Of a stretch of DNA of 64,000 nucleotides, positions 1 through 8,862 are shown piece after piece. The notes below the pieces were generated by a model that worked only from the letters and a program-made list of their open reading frames with translations, did not search any database and had not been told where the DNA came from. Where the stretch lies: NCBI GenBank assembly GCA_025774845.1, contig JALGZP010000001.1, forward strand, positions 25,519 through 89,518, read 5' to 3'. The position numbers and the translations under genes were made by a program. This DNA is from a bacterium. Its GTDB lineage: Bacteria > Arandabacterota > Arandabacteria > Arandabacterales > Arandabacteraceae. Each line of letters begins with the position of its first letter. The first letter of the stretch is position 1.

Positions 1-97
1 AATAAGATGTGGTATGTCGTGTTCCTTGAGGACCCCCTCGAGAATCTTGGCCTCAATCTGGCTGTTGACAACGACGATCTTCTCGAACTTAGGCATG
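1..97 (-). CDS. DUF2007-like small protein, N-terminal fragment only; the gene continues beyond the window start
   Basis: Minus-strand ATG at 95-97 with a GGAGG Shine-Dalgarno sequence (complement of 101-108). Reads MPKFEKIVVVNSQIEAKILEGVLKEHDIPHLI, which resembles the N-terminus of DUF2007 proteins. Confidence 0.35.
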
Positions 98-198
98 TAC
101 CGCCTCCTGCGATTTCACTACCTACTTTATCTCAAATCAACGCCTCAAATGCAATTCTTTAGATGCCTTATTGTTCCGATGGCTTTATACTCCCAAGC

Positions 199-1552
199 AT
201 GGGTTCGGCAAACAAGGCTGTGCTGGTCGAGGGTTCGGTTGGAAAGACGCTGATCCGGCTCACGATTCCCATGATATTTGGCATGATCGGTATCGTCGCC
301 TTCAACCTGGTCGATACCTTTTTTGTAGGGAGACTGGGCACGAATGAGCTGGCCGCCCTCAGTTTCACCTTCCCCGTGGTGATCGTGATTAACAGCCTGG
401 CACTCGGACTCGGAACCGGTGCTTCGGCCGTCATATCACGTGCGATAGGGGAGGGCGACCATTACAGAGTGAAACGGCTGACCACCGATAGCCTCATACT
501 CTCGGTCCTCGTCGTCATGTGCTTTGTCGTTCTCGGGCTTCTTACCATTGATCCAGTCTTTCGCATGCTCGGCGCAACATCACGCACACTTCCCCTTATC
601 CGGCAATACATGAGGATCTGGTATCTCGGGGTAGGATTTGTTGTGATTCCCATGGTGGGAAACAACGCGATTCGTGCGACGGGTGATACCAAGACGCCGA
701 GTATCATCATGCTTATTGCCGTTGCGGTTAATACCACGCTGGACCCACTCCTTATCTTCGGGCTCGGTCCTTTTCCCAGACTCGAGATCGCCGGTGCGGC
801 GCTTGCGACCGTCTTTGCCAGGGCAACCACCTTCACTGTTGCGGTGTGGGTCCTTGGGTACAGGGACAAGATGTTGACACGGGTGATCCCCACACTGCGG
901 ACAGTGGTCGATTCGTGGAAGTGCATTCTCTTTATAGGTATCCCCACTGCCGCAACACGGATCATACTCCCCATCGCGATGGGCGTAGTGACAAGGCTTG
1001 TGGCATCCTACGGGGCGGAGGCCGTTGCAGGTTTCGGTGTGGCGACACGTATTGAGTTCTTCGCCCTCACCGTGGTGAGAGCTCTTTCGAGCGTTCTCAT
1101 GCCCTTCATCGGGCAGAACTGGGGAGCGGGAAAGCACGATCGCGTTACTTCAGGGGTGAGTGTAAGCAACAAGATCTCACTTCTCTGGGGGGCGTTGATG
1201 TTTGCGGTTCTGGCCGTTGCGGCCGCACCCATCGCACGTATCTTTAACTCCGACCCGTCGGTGGTCTCAACGACCACGCTTTACCTCAGGATTGTACCTA
1301 CGGGTTATGGCGTCTACGGAGTGATAATACTCGCGGCCGCCGTGCTCAATGTGCTTCACAAGCCTCTCCATGCCGCGGGGCTTACGATCGCACACACACA
1401 TGTTCGTGCTCTACATCCCGCTTGCACTGGCCGGCTCATTCTTCTTCGGCCTCCCCGGCATGTTCACCGGCCTGGCTCTTTCCTTCTTCCTCGCCGCCCT
1501 GGCCACAGTTCTCCTGATGAAAAGAATCCTCGGGGTAAGGTCTGGGGATTGA
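199..1552 (+). CDS. MATE family efflux transporter with an apparent frameshift inside a (CA)5 tract at 1391-1400, possibly a pseudogene or an assembly error
   Basis: The N-terminal ~400 aa (LIRLTIPMIFGMIGIVAFNLVDTFFVGRLG...) are typical of MATE/NorM proteins. Downstream of the CA repeat the hydrophobic C-terminus continues in another frame (FVLYIPLALAGSFFFGLPGMFTGLALSFFLAALATVLL, ORF 1349-1552). The combined length of ~450 aa fits a MATE transporter. Confidence 0.6.
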
Positions 1553-1569
1553 GCGTTTCGCCCCTTCTG

Positions 1570-1601
1570 CGCGGTGTCCCAATCGTCTTGGTGTTGGGAA
1601 C
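1570..1601. repeat. Copy A of a conserved palindromic intergenic element (GTCCCAATCGTCTTGGTGTTGGGAAC)
   Basis: Near-identical to 5418-5443 and related to 7431-7460. GTCCCAA pairs with TTGGGAC as an inverted repeat. Confidence 0.5.
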
Positions 1602-1803
1602 GCCGCCGTCGGCTGTGGTGACTGGTCCCCCAAGTGGGTCACCATGTCTCTTCTTAATACCAGTGGTAGTCCTTTTCGGACTTGACTGCTCCGTGATTCA
1701 GTGATAGGGTCATCGAGAGTAGCGTGGAGTTTCTCGGCCAGCATGACGAAGAAGCCATGTAGTCTATGGCTAATTGCTTGGCAGGGTAAGGAGGTGATTC
1801 ATC

Positions 1804-2277
1804 ATGAAGCCTTGCGCTCGTCTGTTTTCCTGTGCCATAGCGGTGGCTGCCGCGCTTGCCGGTTTCGCGATGGCATCTGCACAGGATTCGGTTATCCTTG
1901 AAACCTCAGAGTATTGCTACACAGTGGGGGACACTGTATCGTTCACCCTCACAAACAACCGTGACTCCACAATCCATATACCGCATTCTCCAGAATGGTC
2001 AGTATGGGACGCATCAGGAGATACGCTGATCTTCCCCTCCACTGTCTTCTGGGTTATTGTGTCACTCCCGGCTGATTCTTCGGACACCTACTATTGGCCG
2101 CAGATTGACTATCACCTGAATCAGGTCGCTCAGGGGACCTACTGGGTGGAGGTAACTTACAGCCCACAGCTTGTACCCTGGGATCCGAGCTTCACGGTGA
2201 CGGACACATTCTACATCGGAGGAGCAAGCGCTACAGATCTGAGTACATGGGGAAATATCAAAGGGCTTTACAGGTAG
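1804..2277 (+). CDS. Secreted hypothetical protein with a signal peptide; predicted N-terminal Gln after ASA|QDS cleavage
   Basis: AAGGAGG ribosome-binding site at 1789-1795. The N-terminus (MKPCARLFSCAIAVAAALAGFAMASA) is a typical Sec signal peptide. Confidence 0.6.
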   Translation: MKPCARLFSCAIAVAAALAGFAMASAQDSVILETSEYCYTVGDTVSFTLTNNRDSTIHIPHSPEWSVWDASGDTLIFPSTVFWVIVSLPADSSDTYYWPQIDYHLNQVAQGTYWVEVTYSPQLVPWDPSFTVTDTFYIGGASATDLSTWGNIKGLYR

Positions 2278-2522
2278 TGACTAATGCGGTAATCACGAGG
2301 GGCGCCATCCGGTGCTCCTCTCTATATCGCTATACCTCTTGGACCTCTCAATCTCACCTTCAATTTCTCGGTTACATATAGTTGGTAGATAGTATATTTC
2401 TGTTTGCCGTCAGAGCAATTCGGACACGTAGGGGTTATACTCTAAGCTGCACTTCGTGGGGTCGCCTTGTCTTTCGGTAACCCTATACGTCTGCTTTCTG
2501 CTTCCAACAACGCCCACGTTTG

Positions 2523-2531
2523 TGGTATAAT
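2523..2531 (+). promoter_or_regulatory. Putative extended -10 promoter element (TGgTATAAT) upstream of the LVIVD-repeat gene
   Basis: TGGTATAAT lies about 140 nt upstream of ATG 2672. The -35 element is weak. Confidence 0.3.
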
Positions 2532-2671
2532 GCACGCCATACTGTCAAAGGAACCTTGAGAGGTGGCATAGACCTGTGTTGAGGGCTTCCGTTAGCTCTC
2601 GGGGATGATTGAGTATGAACCACCAATGACGTTGTCCCGCCTTGGGGGCGACCTGCGAAGTGGGAGGCATC

Positions 2672-5215
2672 ATGCTTGAACGAAGAAGCCTTATCTGCGG
2701 AGTGATTTCCACTCTGTCCCTGATTCTGTGTCTTGGCTTGACGGGAGCAACCGCCGGCACGTACGTTGAGAATTTCACAAGTATGCAAAATTGTGACACC
2801 TTAAACACCACGGCGCTGTGGGATACCCTTGCAGGTGAGCTCCACCTCCGCACACTGCCCAGACTGGCGGGAAGCTACGCGATCCCTGGCTACTCGTACG
2901 GGGTGGCTGTATCCGGCAACTATGCCTATGTGGCCAACGGCTTCGATGGGGTTCAGGTAATGGACATAAGCGACCCTACCAATCCCACTCCTGTCGGGAG
3001 CTGCGACACGCCCGATCACGCCTATGATGTTGTCGTGAGCGGTGAATGTGCGTATGTGGCAGACCGAAATGAGGGGCTCCAGGTGATTGACATAAGCGAC
3101 CCCTCAAATCCTGTGATTGTGGGAAGCCGCGATACACCTGACTTCGCCTACCGCCTGGCAGTGAGTGGTGAATATGCATATGTCGCGGACCGTAGCGGCG
3201 GAGTCAGAATCATGAACATCACCGACCCCACGACTCCTTCACTCAGAGGCACCTACACTACACCGGGCCAGGCCCGGGGCATTGCCATAAGTGGTACCTA
3301 TGCTTATGTGGGTGACAACACGAACGGTCTTGTGATACTGGACATCACTAATCGTATAAGCCCTGTGCATGTAGCAACCTGCCCGACACGCCATCAGGCC
3401 CGCCAGGTTGTTGTGAGTGGTGATTATGTCTACGTCGCAGACGTGGATTCAGGGATGCAGGTGATAGATGTCAGCGACCCTGCAACCCCGGTGCTTGTTG
3501 GAAGCTTTAACACACCGGGATCCACCTGGGGACTTGCCGTAGATGGTAACCGGGCCTACCTGGCAGACTGGCTGGAGGGTCTCCAGATTGTGGACATAAC
3601 AGACCCAACAAACCCTACTCTCACAGCAAACTATGACACGCCCGGGGGAGCTTGGGGTATGGCCGTAAGCGGATGCTATGCGTATGTCGGAGATGAAATT
3701 GCTGGACTCCAGGTGGTAGAGGTGCTGAGTCCAGTTCCCTACCCGACGCTGGCTGGAAGTGACCCTTCGATATCGTATCCATGTGGCGTCGAGGTAGTGG
3801 GCGAATATGCTTATGTGGCTGACTACTCCTGTCTCACCATCATAGATATAAGCGATCCCACCGATCCCGTGTATGTGGGGGCAACTGAACCCATCTTCTA
3901 CGTGACCGATGTGGCGGTCACGGGTGACTATGCTTATGCACTGAATAACCTCCAGGGTGAATGGGCTTACCGTCTGATAGACATAAGCGATCCTTCAGAT
4001 CCCGTCGTGGTGACAAGCGGCGGCCCGGAGCAAGCCTGCAACGGAATGGCCATTTCCGGGGATCGCGCATATGTGTCTTATTCACGAGCCTTGCATTACT
4101 TCGACGTGTGGCATATTGCCGACCCCCTTGCTCCTGGATCTACCGGAGAGTGCGGGCCGTTTGACCGTAGGGGGCATGGTGTGGCAGTGTCGGGGAACTA
4201 TGCTTACATGGCCAATGGTTTGGATGGGCTTCAGGTGATCGATGTAATCGAACCGCTAAGTCCTGTACCCGCGGCAACCTGCAGCCTTCCGGGTTGGGCT
4301 ACTGATGTGACAGTTGACGGGGACTATGCGTATGTGACCAGCGGGTACCTTGAAGTAGTAGATATCAGTGATCCTCTCAGCCCGATACATGTGGCCACAT
4401 ACGCGACGCCGGGAATATCCCGCAAGATTGCCATCTCCGGTGATTGGGCATTCGCTGCGGCCGGCGGCTCGGGTCTTCACTTGATCGATATCAGTGACCC
4501 CACCAACCCGACCTTTGTCCGCGCAATGGGATCTCCCGTGGACGATCCCTACGCGGTTTCCGTTGCGGGATGCCATGCCTATGCGGCAGACCGCGGCCAT
4601 GCACTCAATGTGGTTGAGGTTTTTGAACAGGGCTTTCACCGCGAGGATAATGTTGCATTCTCGCTCAATGTCCAGCCTGAAGGCAGTGTCGATAGCGTCA
4701 GGATCACCACCAGCCAGACCGATTCCATTCGATGGGAAGTACACACCCATTGTACAGTGTGGAAAGATGTGCGGCCCGGCCAGGGCTGGGTCCCATTAGG
4801 TCTGGGATCCGGTGACGATGGGTTGTACTGGAGAGCCACTCTTGTTTGTGCACATCCTGGCGTTAACCCAACGTGCAGTTATCTTGAGATCGAAACCTCT
4901 ACTGGTAATTCAGCCGTGGAGGGCGGTCCGTCACACCGCGTCTTCTCGCTCTCAGCCTGCACACCCAACCCGTTCCGGGTAAGTACGGCAGTCAGCTTCA
5001 CACTACCGAAACCAAGCAGGGTGAAGATCACCGTCAACGATGTCCTGGGCCGGGAGGTCGCTGTGCTGGTCGAGGACGAACTTGGCCCGGGAGAGTACAC
5101 CGAGCCGTGGGATGGCAGGAATACGATCGGGGAAATGGCCAGCCCCGGGGTCTATTTCGTTCGCATGACGGCGGGCAGTTTCGAAGCCAAGAAGAAAGTG
5201 GCTCTCATGCGCTGA
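2672..5215 (+). CDS. LVIVD-repeat beta-propeller surface protein with a T9SS-type C-terminal sorting domain
   Basis: Signal peptide, then about 14 tandem ~43-aa repeats of the form YAYVAD..GLQVIDISDP.NP..VG (LVIVD repeat, PF08309). The C-terminus ends in a T9SS-type CTD (VKITVNDVLGREV...GVYFVRMTAGSFEAKKKVALMR). GGGAGG ribosome-binding site at 2662-2667. Confidence 0.8.
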   Translation: MLERRSLICGVISTLSLILCLGLTGATAGTYVENFTSMQNCDTLNTTALWDTLAGELHLRTLPRLAGSYAIPGYSYGVAVSGNYAYVANGFDGVQVMDISDPTNPTPVGSCDTPDHAYDVVVSGECAYVADRNEGLQVIDISDPSNPVIVGSRDTPDFAYRLAVSGEYAYVADRSGGVRIMNITDPTTPSLRGTYTTPGQARGIAISGTYAYVGDNTNGLVILDITNRISPVHVATCPTRHQARQVVVSGDYVYVADVDSGMQVIDVSDPATPVLVGSFNTPGSTWGLAVDGNRAYLADWLEGLQIVDITDPTNPTLTANYDTPGGAWGMAVSGCYAYVGDEIAGLQVVEVLSPVPYPTLAGSDPSISYPCGVEVVGEYAYVADYSCLTIIDISDPTDPVYVGATEPIFYVTDVAVTGDYAYALNNLQGEWAYRLIDISDPSDPVVVTSGGPEQACNGMAISGDRAYVSYSRALHYFDVWHIADPLAPGSTGECGPFDRRGHGVAVSGNYAYMANGLDGLQVIDVIEPLSPVPAATCSLPGWATDVTVDGDYAYVTSGYLEVVDISDPLSPIHVATYATPGISRKIAISGDWAFAAAGGSGLHLIDISDPTNPTFVRAMGSPVDDPYAVSVAGCHAYAADRGHALNVVEVFEQGFHREDNVAFSLNVQPEGSVDSVRITTSQTDSIRWEVHTHCTVWKDVRPGQGWVPLGLGSGDDGLYWRATLVCAHPGVNPTCSYLEIETSTGNSAVEGGPSHRVFSLSACTPNPFRVSTAVSFTLPKPSRVKITVNDVLGREVAVLVEDELGPGEYTEPWDGRNTIGEMASPGVYFVRMTAGSFEAKKKVALMR
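2890..4650 (+). repeat. Intragenic tandem coding repeats (~129-nt units encoding LVIVD repeats)
   Basis: Repeated nucleotide blocks, for example ...tatgc(t/g)tatgt(g/c)gc(a/g)gac... and ...ctccaggtg(a/g)t(t/a)gacat(a/c)agcgacc..., recur every ~129 nt. Confidence 0.7.
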
Positions 5216-5382
5216 AGCTGTTGAGCCGGAGGGCCCGATGCTGCGGACGCTACTCCTTCGTAGGACGGTCGAACCTTAAATAGAGGTCATCAAAACCGGC
5301 GTCATCCACCGCAGAGGGAACCCAACCTTTAACCGATACCTTGCTCGTGGCCTTGAGAGTGATAGGGCTCTCACGGCAGTCT

Positions 5383-5480
5383 AGTCAGCAGCTCGAACTC
5401 AAAGGATGTTGTACTGCGTCCCAATCGTTTTGGTGTTGGGACCACCACGCGATGTGAGAATGACACGTGGTCTCACAAGG
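5383..5480. repeat. Copy B of the conserved intergenic element (core GTCCCAATCGTTTTGGTGTTGGGACC at 5418-5443) plus a second hairpin (GTGAGA...TCTCAC) and a CAAGGTCACCCAT tail
   Basis: Shares the 26-nt palindromic core with 1576-1601 and the flanking segment AGCTCGAACTCAAAGGA...GCGTCC with 7405-7440. Confidence 0.5.
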
Positions 5481-5868
5481 TCACCCATCACACACAGTCT
5501 CCCGCTGTCCCCAAACAGGCTCATCTGAGTGTCTGTGCTGAACACTGGCGCGGACAGGCACGGCTCTTGCTCTTTTGAACCTTACCGGATGGATTAAGTG
5601 CTCAAGGACTCCACAGCAGACAGTCCGGGGACCGGTGATAACATGGTGTCCCAAGCGTGCGACCCGCTGGAATTCAGATTTGCTATGCCTGCACTATCCC
5701 ACCGAAGATCAGTGCAAGCTGCAAGGCAGGTTGTTGTCTATGGCACGATTGGTCGGCGAGTGATCTCAATCCAACGATCGTGTGCGATACCTTCTGAGCC
5801 ACAACCCGTTCCGCTTATTCTTGCGTCAGCTGCCGTCGTCAGCGACGAGCTAAAGGAGATGATTTGCG

Positions 5869-7377
5869 ATGAGACGTCTAACTCTCATCATGGTAACAGC
5901 AGTCTTGGTGTTGTCCACTACGGCCTTGGGCCGCACCTGGTATATTAGGCCGGACGGCACAGGGGATGCCCCGGACATCAGCACGGGAATCACCCATTCT
6001 GCCAATGGGGACACGTTATTGCTCGCAGATGGTGTCTACAGAGGTGCGGGCAATACTGCCCTTCCATACCAGGGTAAGGCCATTGTAATCAGGTCGCAAA
6101 GCGGGGACCCTCATGCATGTGTGATCGATTGTGCGGGGAGTGACTCCAACCATGTGCGCGGTTTCACATTCAATCAGAGGGAAAGATCGCGGTCAGTATT
6201 GGAGGGGGTGACCATAAGGAACGGTTACGCCAACGAGGGTGGTGGAGTGTACTGTTGGGCGGCGTCACCCACCATCTCGAATGTGATTCTCTCCGGAAAC
6301 GTTGCGGTGTACTCGGGTGGAGGTCTCTACTGCGGGCGAGGGTCTGCCCCCGTGCTCACGAATGTCACCCTTGACGACAATTCTGCTGCTCAAGGCGGTG
6401 GCATTTACTGCACCTACTATTCCGCTCCCGTAATTCAACAGAGCATCCTCTCTTACAGCAGACACGGAGGCGCTGTGGTCCTGGGTGGACCGGGAAACAG
6501 TCCTGTGTTCACGTGTTGTGACATCTATGGAAACACTGGTGGAGATTGGAATGGGGAAATTTCGATCCAGTTCAGTCAATCAGGCAACATCTGCGAGGAC
6601 CCACTCTTCTGTATGGAGGCGAACCCGGACGAGCCCTACGGTCTTCACAGCAGTTCCCCTTGTATCTCGACTACGGAGTCGGGGTGCGGGATCATGGGTG
6701 CCGTGGGGATAGGGTGCGCGAGCGGGCACGAGGCGACCGTGGATATCGATCCCAATGTATTGAATCCGAAAAGCCGTAGGCGGTGGTTGACCTGCTACCT
6801 CGAGCTTCCGGAAGGTCACGATCCTCATGAGATCGACGTGTCTACTGTTGTACTCAACGGTGAGGTAAGTGCGGAGATGCGTCCCACGGCAGTCGGGGAC
6901 CACGACGCAGATGGTATCAGGGACCGGATGGTGAAATTCTCTTGGCCCGATGTACTTGCAAGCCTTGAAAGCTACGGTGATGTGGAGTTTGAGGTTAGCG
7001 GCCAGGCAGGGACCGAAGCGTTCTCAGGAACCGACACAGTGCGGGTGCTCACCAAGAAATGGGATTCGAAACACTTCACCTACGGCACCGACAGTGATGT
7101 GACAGGCGAGCTAAGAGTTATCAATCCTGGGGAAGATGGTCACGGTTCTGCCATCCGGCTGGATGTGCTGGTGCCTGCGCATGTGAAGCTCACAATCCAC
7201 GACGTGCGCGGCAGGGTGATCCGGACGCTGCTTGATGAGGTGAAACACCCGGATTCCTATGTGATCTACTGGGATGCGAAGGACACATCAGATGCCGGTG
7301 TGGCCCCGGGAGTGTATTTCGTTCATTTCGAAACTCAGAAATACAGAGCAATCAACAAGATTGTGGTAGTCCGGTAG
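5869..7377 (+). CDS. Secreted right-handed parallel beta-helix (pectate-lyase fold) protein with a T9SS-type CTD
   Basis: Signal peptide, then parallel beta-helix repeats (NGYANEGGGVYCWAASPTISNVILSGNVAVYSGGGLYCGRGSAPVLTNVTLDDNSAAQGGGIYC). C-terminal CTD reads VKLTIHDVRGRVIRTL...GVYFVHFETQKYRAINKIVVVR. AAAGGAG ribosome-binding site at 5852-5858. Confidence 0.75.
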   Translation: MRRLTLIMVTAVLVLSTTALGRTWYIRPDGTGDAPDISTGITHSANGDTLLLADGVYRGAGNTALPYQGKAIVIRSQSGDPHACVIDCAGSDSNHVRGFTFNQRERSRSVLEGVTIRNGYANEGGGVYCWAASPTISNVILSGNVAVYSGGGLYCGRGSAPVLTNVTLDDNSAAQGGGIYCTYYSAPVIQQSILSYSRHGGAVVLGGPGNSPVFTCCDIYGNTGGDWNGEISIQFSQSGNICEDPLFCMEANPDEPYGLHSSSPCISTTESGCGIMGAVGIGCASGHEATVDIDPNVLNPKSRRRWLTCYLELPEGHDPHEIDVSTVVLNGEVSAEMRPTAVGDHDADGIRDRMVKFSWPDVLASLESYGDVEFEVSGQAGTEAFSGTDTVRVLTKKWDSKHFTYGTDSDVTGELRVINPGEDGHGSAIRLDVLVPAHVKLTIHDVRGRVIRTLLDEVKHPDSYVIYWDAKDTSDAGVAPGVYFVHFETQKYRAINKIVVVR

Positions 7378-7404
7378 GGTGTACTCTCATTACAGGTCTG
7401 CCAC

Positions 7405-7460
7405 TAGCTCAAACTCGAAGGAAGCTGCATTGCGTCCATAGCATCTCGATGTTAGGGAAG
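7405..7460. repeat. Copy C (diverged) of the conserved element found downstream of secreted-protein genes
   Basis: AGCTCAAACTCGAAGGAAGCTGCATTGCGTCCATAGCATCTCGATGTTAGGGAAG aligns to 5387-5445. Confidence 0.4.
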
Positions 7461-7622
7461 CCGCCAGTTTGCCCGCTGCGCTCAATTCAGTACTGGTTAT
7501 TACAGTTGTCGCGTGTTAGAATTCTTTTGGCAGGGAGGTGAGTCACAGGACCTGCAATCAGGGTGTGACCGCTGCGCCTGCTGACTTGTTTCGGGATTAC
7601 AGGAGATAGGTGGGAGGGTATT

Positions 7623-8153
7623 GTGAATAGGACAGTGTCATTGAGCCTGCTGGTACTTCTCACCATGGCTTACTTCACGGTTGCCGGCGTGAATGCGCAG
7701 GAGCCCGGGTCACCGGAACCTGCGGAGCAACCCGACACGAGCAGGGTCAATCTCATTGTATCGGCGGATGATTCGGTCACGGCCAGTATTGTCCGGGATG
7801 TGATGTCTTCTGATCTATTTCCGGGCTATGTGATCGTGGAGGACGATTGGGACTACCTTATAGACGTAGTTGCTTTCCAGATAGACCCGGAGGTTGGACC
7901 CAATGCCGGAATTGCGATGTCGGTACTCACACTTCAGCCGAGCACAAACAAGATGCTCACTCCCAAGGCAGAGCTCTTGCCCGACACAGTCTACACCGTC
8001 GTGAATCACTGCTCATTCCAGATGGTACCGGAGTCTGACCAATTCGCCGGAAGGTGTGAATCAGCAGATCCTAATCTCCGTCAGGATTTTAACCTGATCG
8101 GAGTGGATCTGATGAAATGGAAGTACTCGCCACCTGAAAAGCACGAGGACTGA
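7623..8153 (+). CDS. Secreted hypothetical protein; predicted signal cleavage VNA|QEP exposes an N-terminal Gln
   Basis: Signal-peptide-like N-terminus MNRTVSLSLLVLLTMAYFTVAGVNA. No recognisable domain. Confidence 0.5.
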   Translation: MNRTVSLSLLVLLTMAYFTVAGVNAQEPGSPEPAEQPDTSRVNLIVSADDSVTASIVRDVMSSDLFPGYVIVEDDWDYLIDVVAFQIDPEVGPNAGIAMSVLTLQPSTNKMLTPKAELLPDTVYTVVNHCSFQMVPESDQFAGRCESADPNLRQDFNLIGVDLMKWKYSPPEKHED

Positions 8154-8201
8154 GAAAGACCCGGCAGCGTCGGCGGGTGCAAACGGTAAGGGAGGTCAAA
8201 C

Positions 8202-8816
8202 ATGGCAAGATGGCTAATGATCATCGCAGTGTGTGTTATGATTCCGTGCATGGCGGATGCGGGTATGATGGTTTGGGCCTATAGCGGCACCTATATGTGG
8301 TACTCGGGCCGGGGCATGAACCTCAACAACACCTTGTCTCAGGAATTCCCCATTCCTGCGGGTGGCGCCACCCTTACGTTTAATACATGGTATGACATCC
8401 AGCCTCATTGGGACTACGGCTACGTGGAGGTTTCGACAGATGGCGGTTCCACCTGGGCCACTGTATCAGGAAATATCACTACAATGGGTAATCCTAACGG
8501 CAACAACCCGGAGGGGAACGGCATCACAGGCAACAGCGGCGGTTGGTCATCCGCCTCTTTTGACCTTACCGGCTACGCCGGCCAGACCGTGATTCTGAAG
8601 TTCCGCTATGAGACCGATGGCACGGTCAATTGGGCCGGGTGGGCGATCGATGACATATCGATCTCGGAGATTGGCTTCTTCGATGACGTGGAGGCCGGCG
8701 ACGGTGATTGGTCAAGCCACCGTTGGAACGTAGTCGACGGCTTCATGAAAGGTCGAACCAAACACAAGAAGCTGGGACCGGGGCCAGCACCGAGGCGCGG
8801 TAAGATCGGCCGCTGA
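8202..8816 (+). CDS. Secreted beta-sandwich domain protein (MAM / choice-of-anchor-J-like) with no CTD
   Basis: Signal peptide. Motifs YGYVEVSTDGGSTWATVSGN and GWAIDDISI resemble the beta-sandwich modules found fused to surface anchors. AAGGGAGG ribosome-binding site upstream. Confidence 0.4.
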   Translation: MARWLMIIAVCVMIPCMADAGMMVWAYSGTYMWYSGRGMNLNNTLSQEFPIPAGGATLTFNTWYDIQPHWDYGYVEVSTDGGSTWATVSGNITTMGNPNGNNPEGNGITGNSGGWSSASFDLTGYAGQTVILKFRYETDGTVNWAGWAIDDISISEIGFFDDVEAGDGDWSSHRWNVVDGFMKGRTKHKKLGPGPAPRRGKIGR

Positions 8817-8862
8817 ACTCCGTGCGGTTTGACGTGATGCGGAATATCTGGTAAAATAAGGT

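Noticed and set aside
163-198. N-terminal extension of the MATE ORF (MPYCSDGFILPS...)
   Set aside because: MATE proteins start close to the first transmembrane helix. ATG 199 (MGSANKAVL...) is the more plausible start, and the upstream extension overlaps the promoter region of the divergent DUF2007-like gene.
4256-4750. 164-aa minus-strand ORF inside the LVIVD-repeat gene
   Set aside because: It is antisense to the repeat-coding region, and the plus-strand protein has clear repeat and domain structure.
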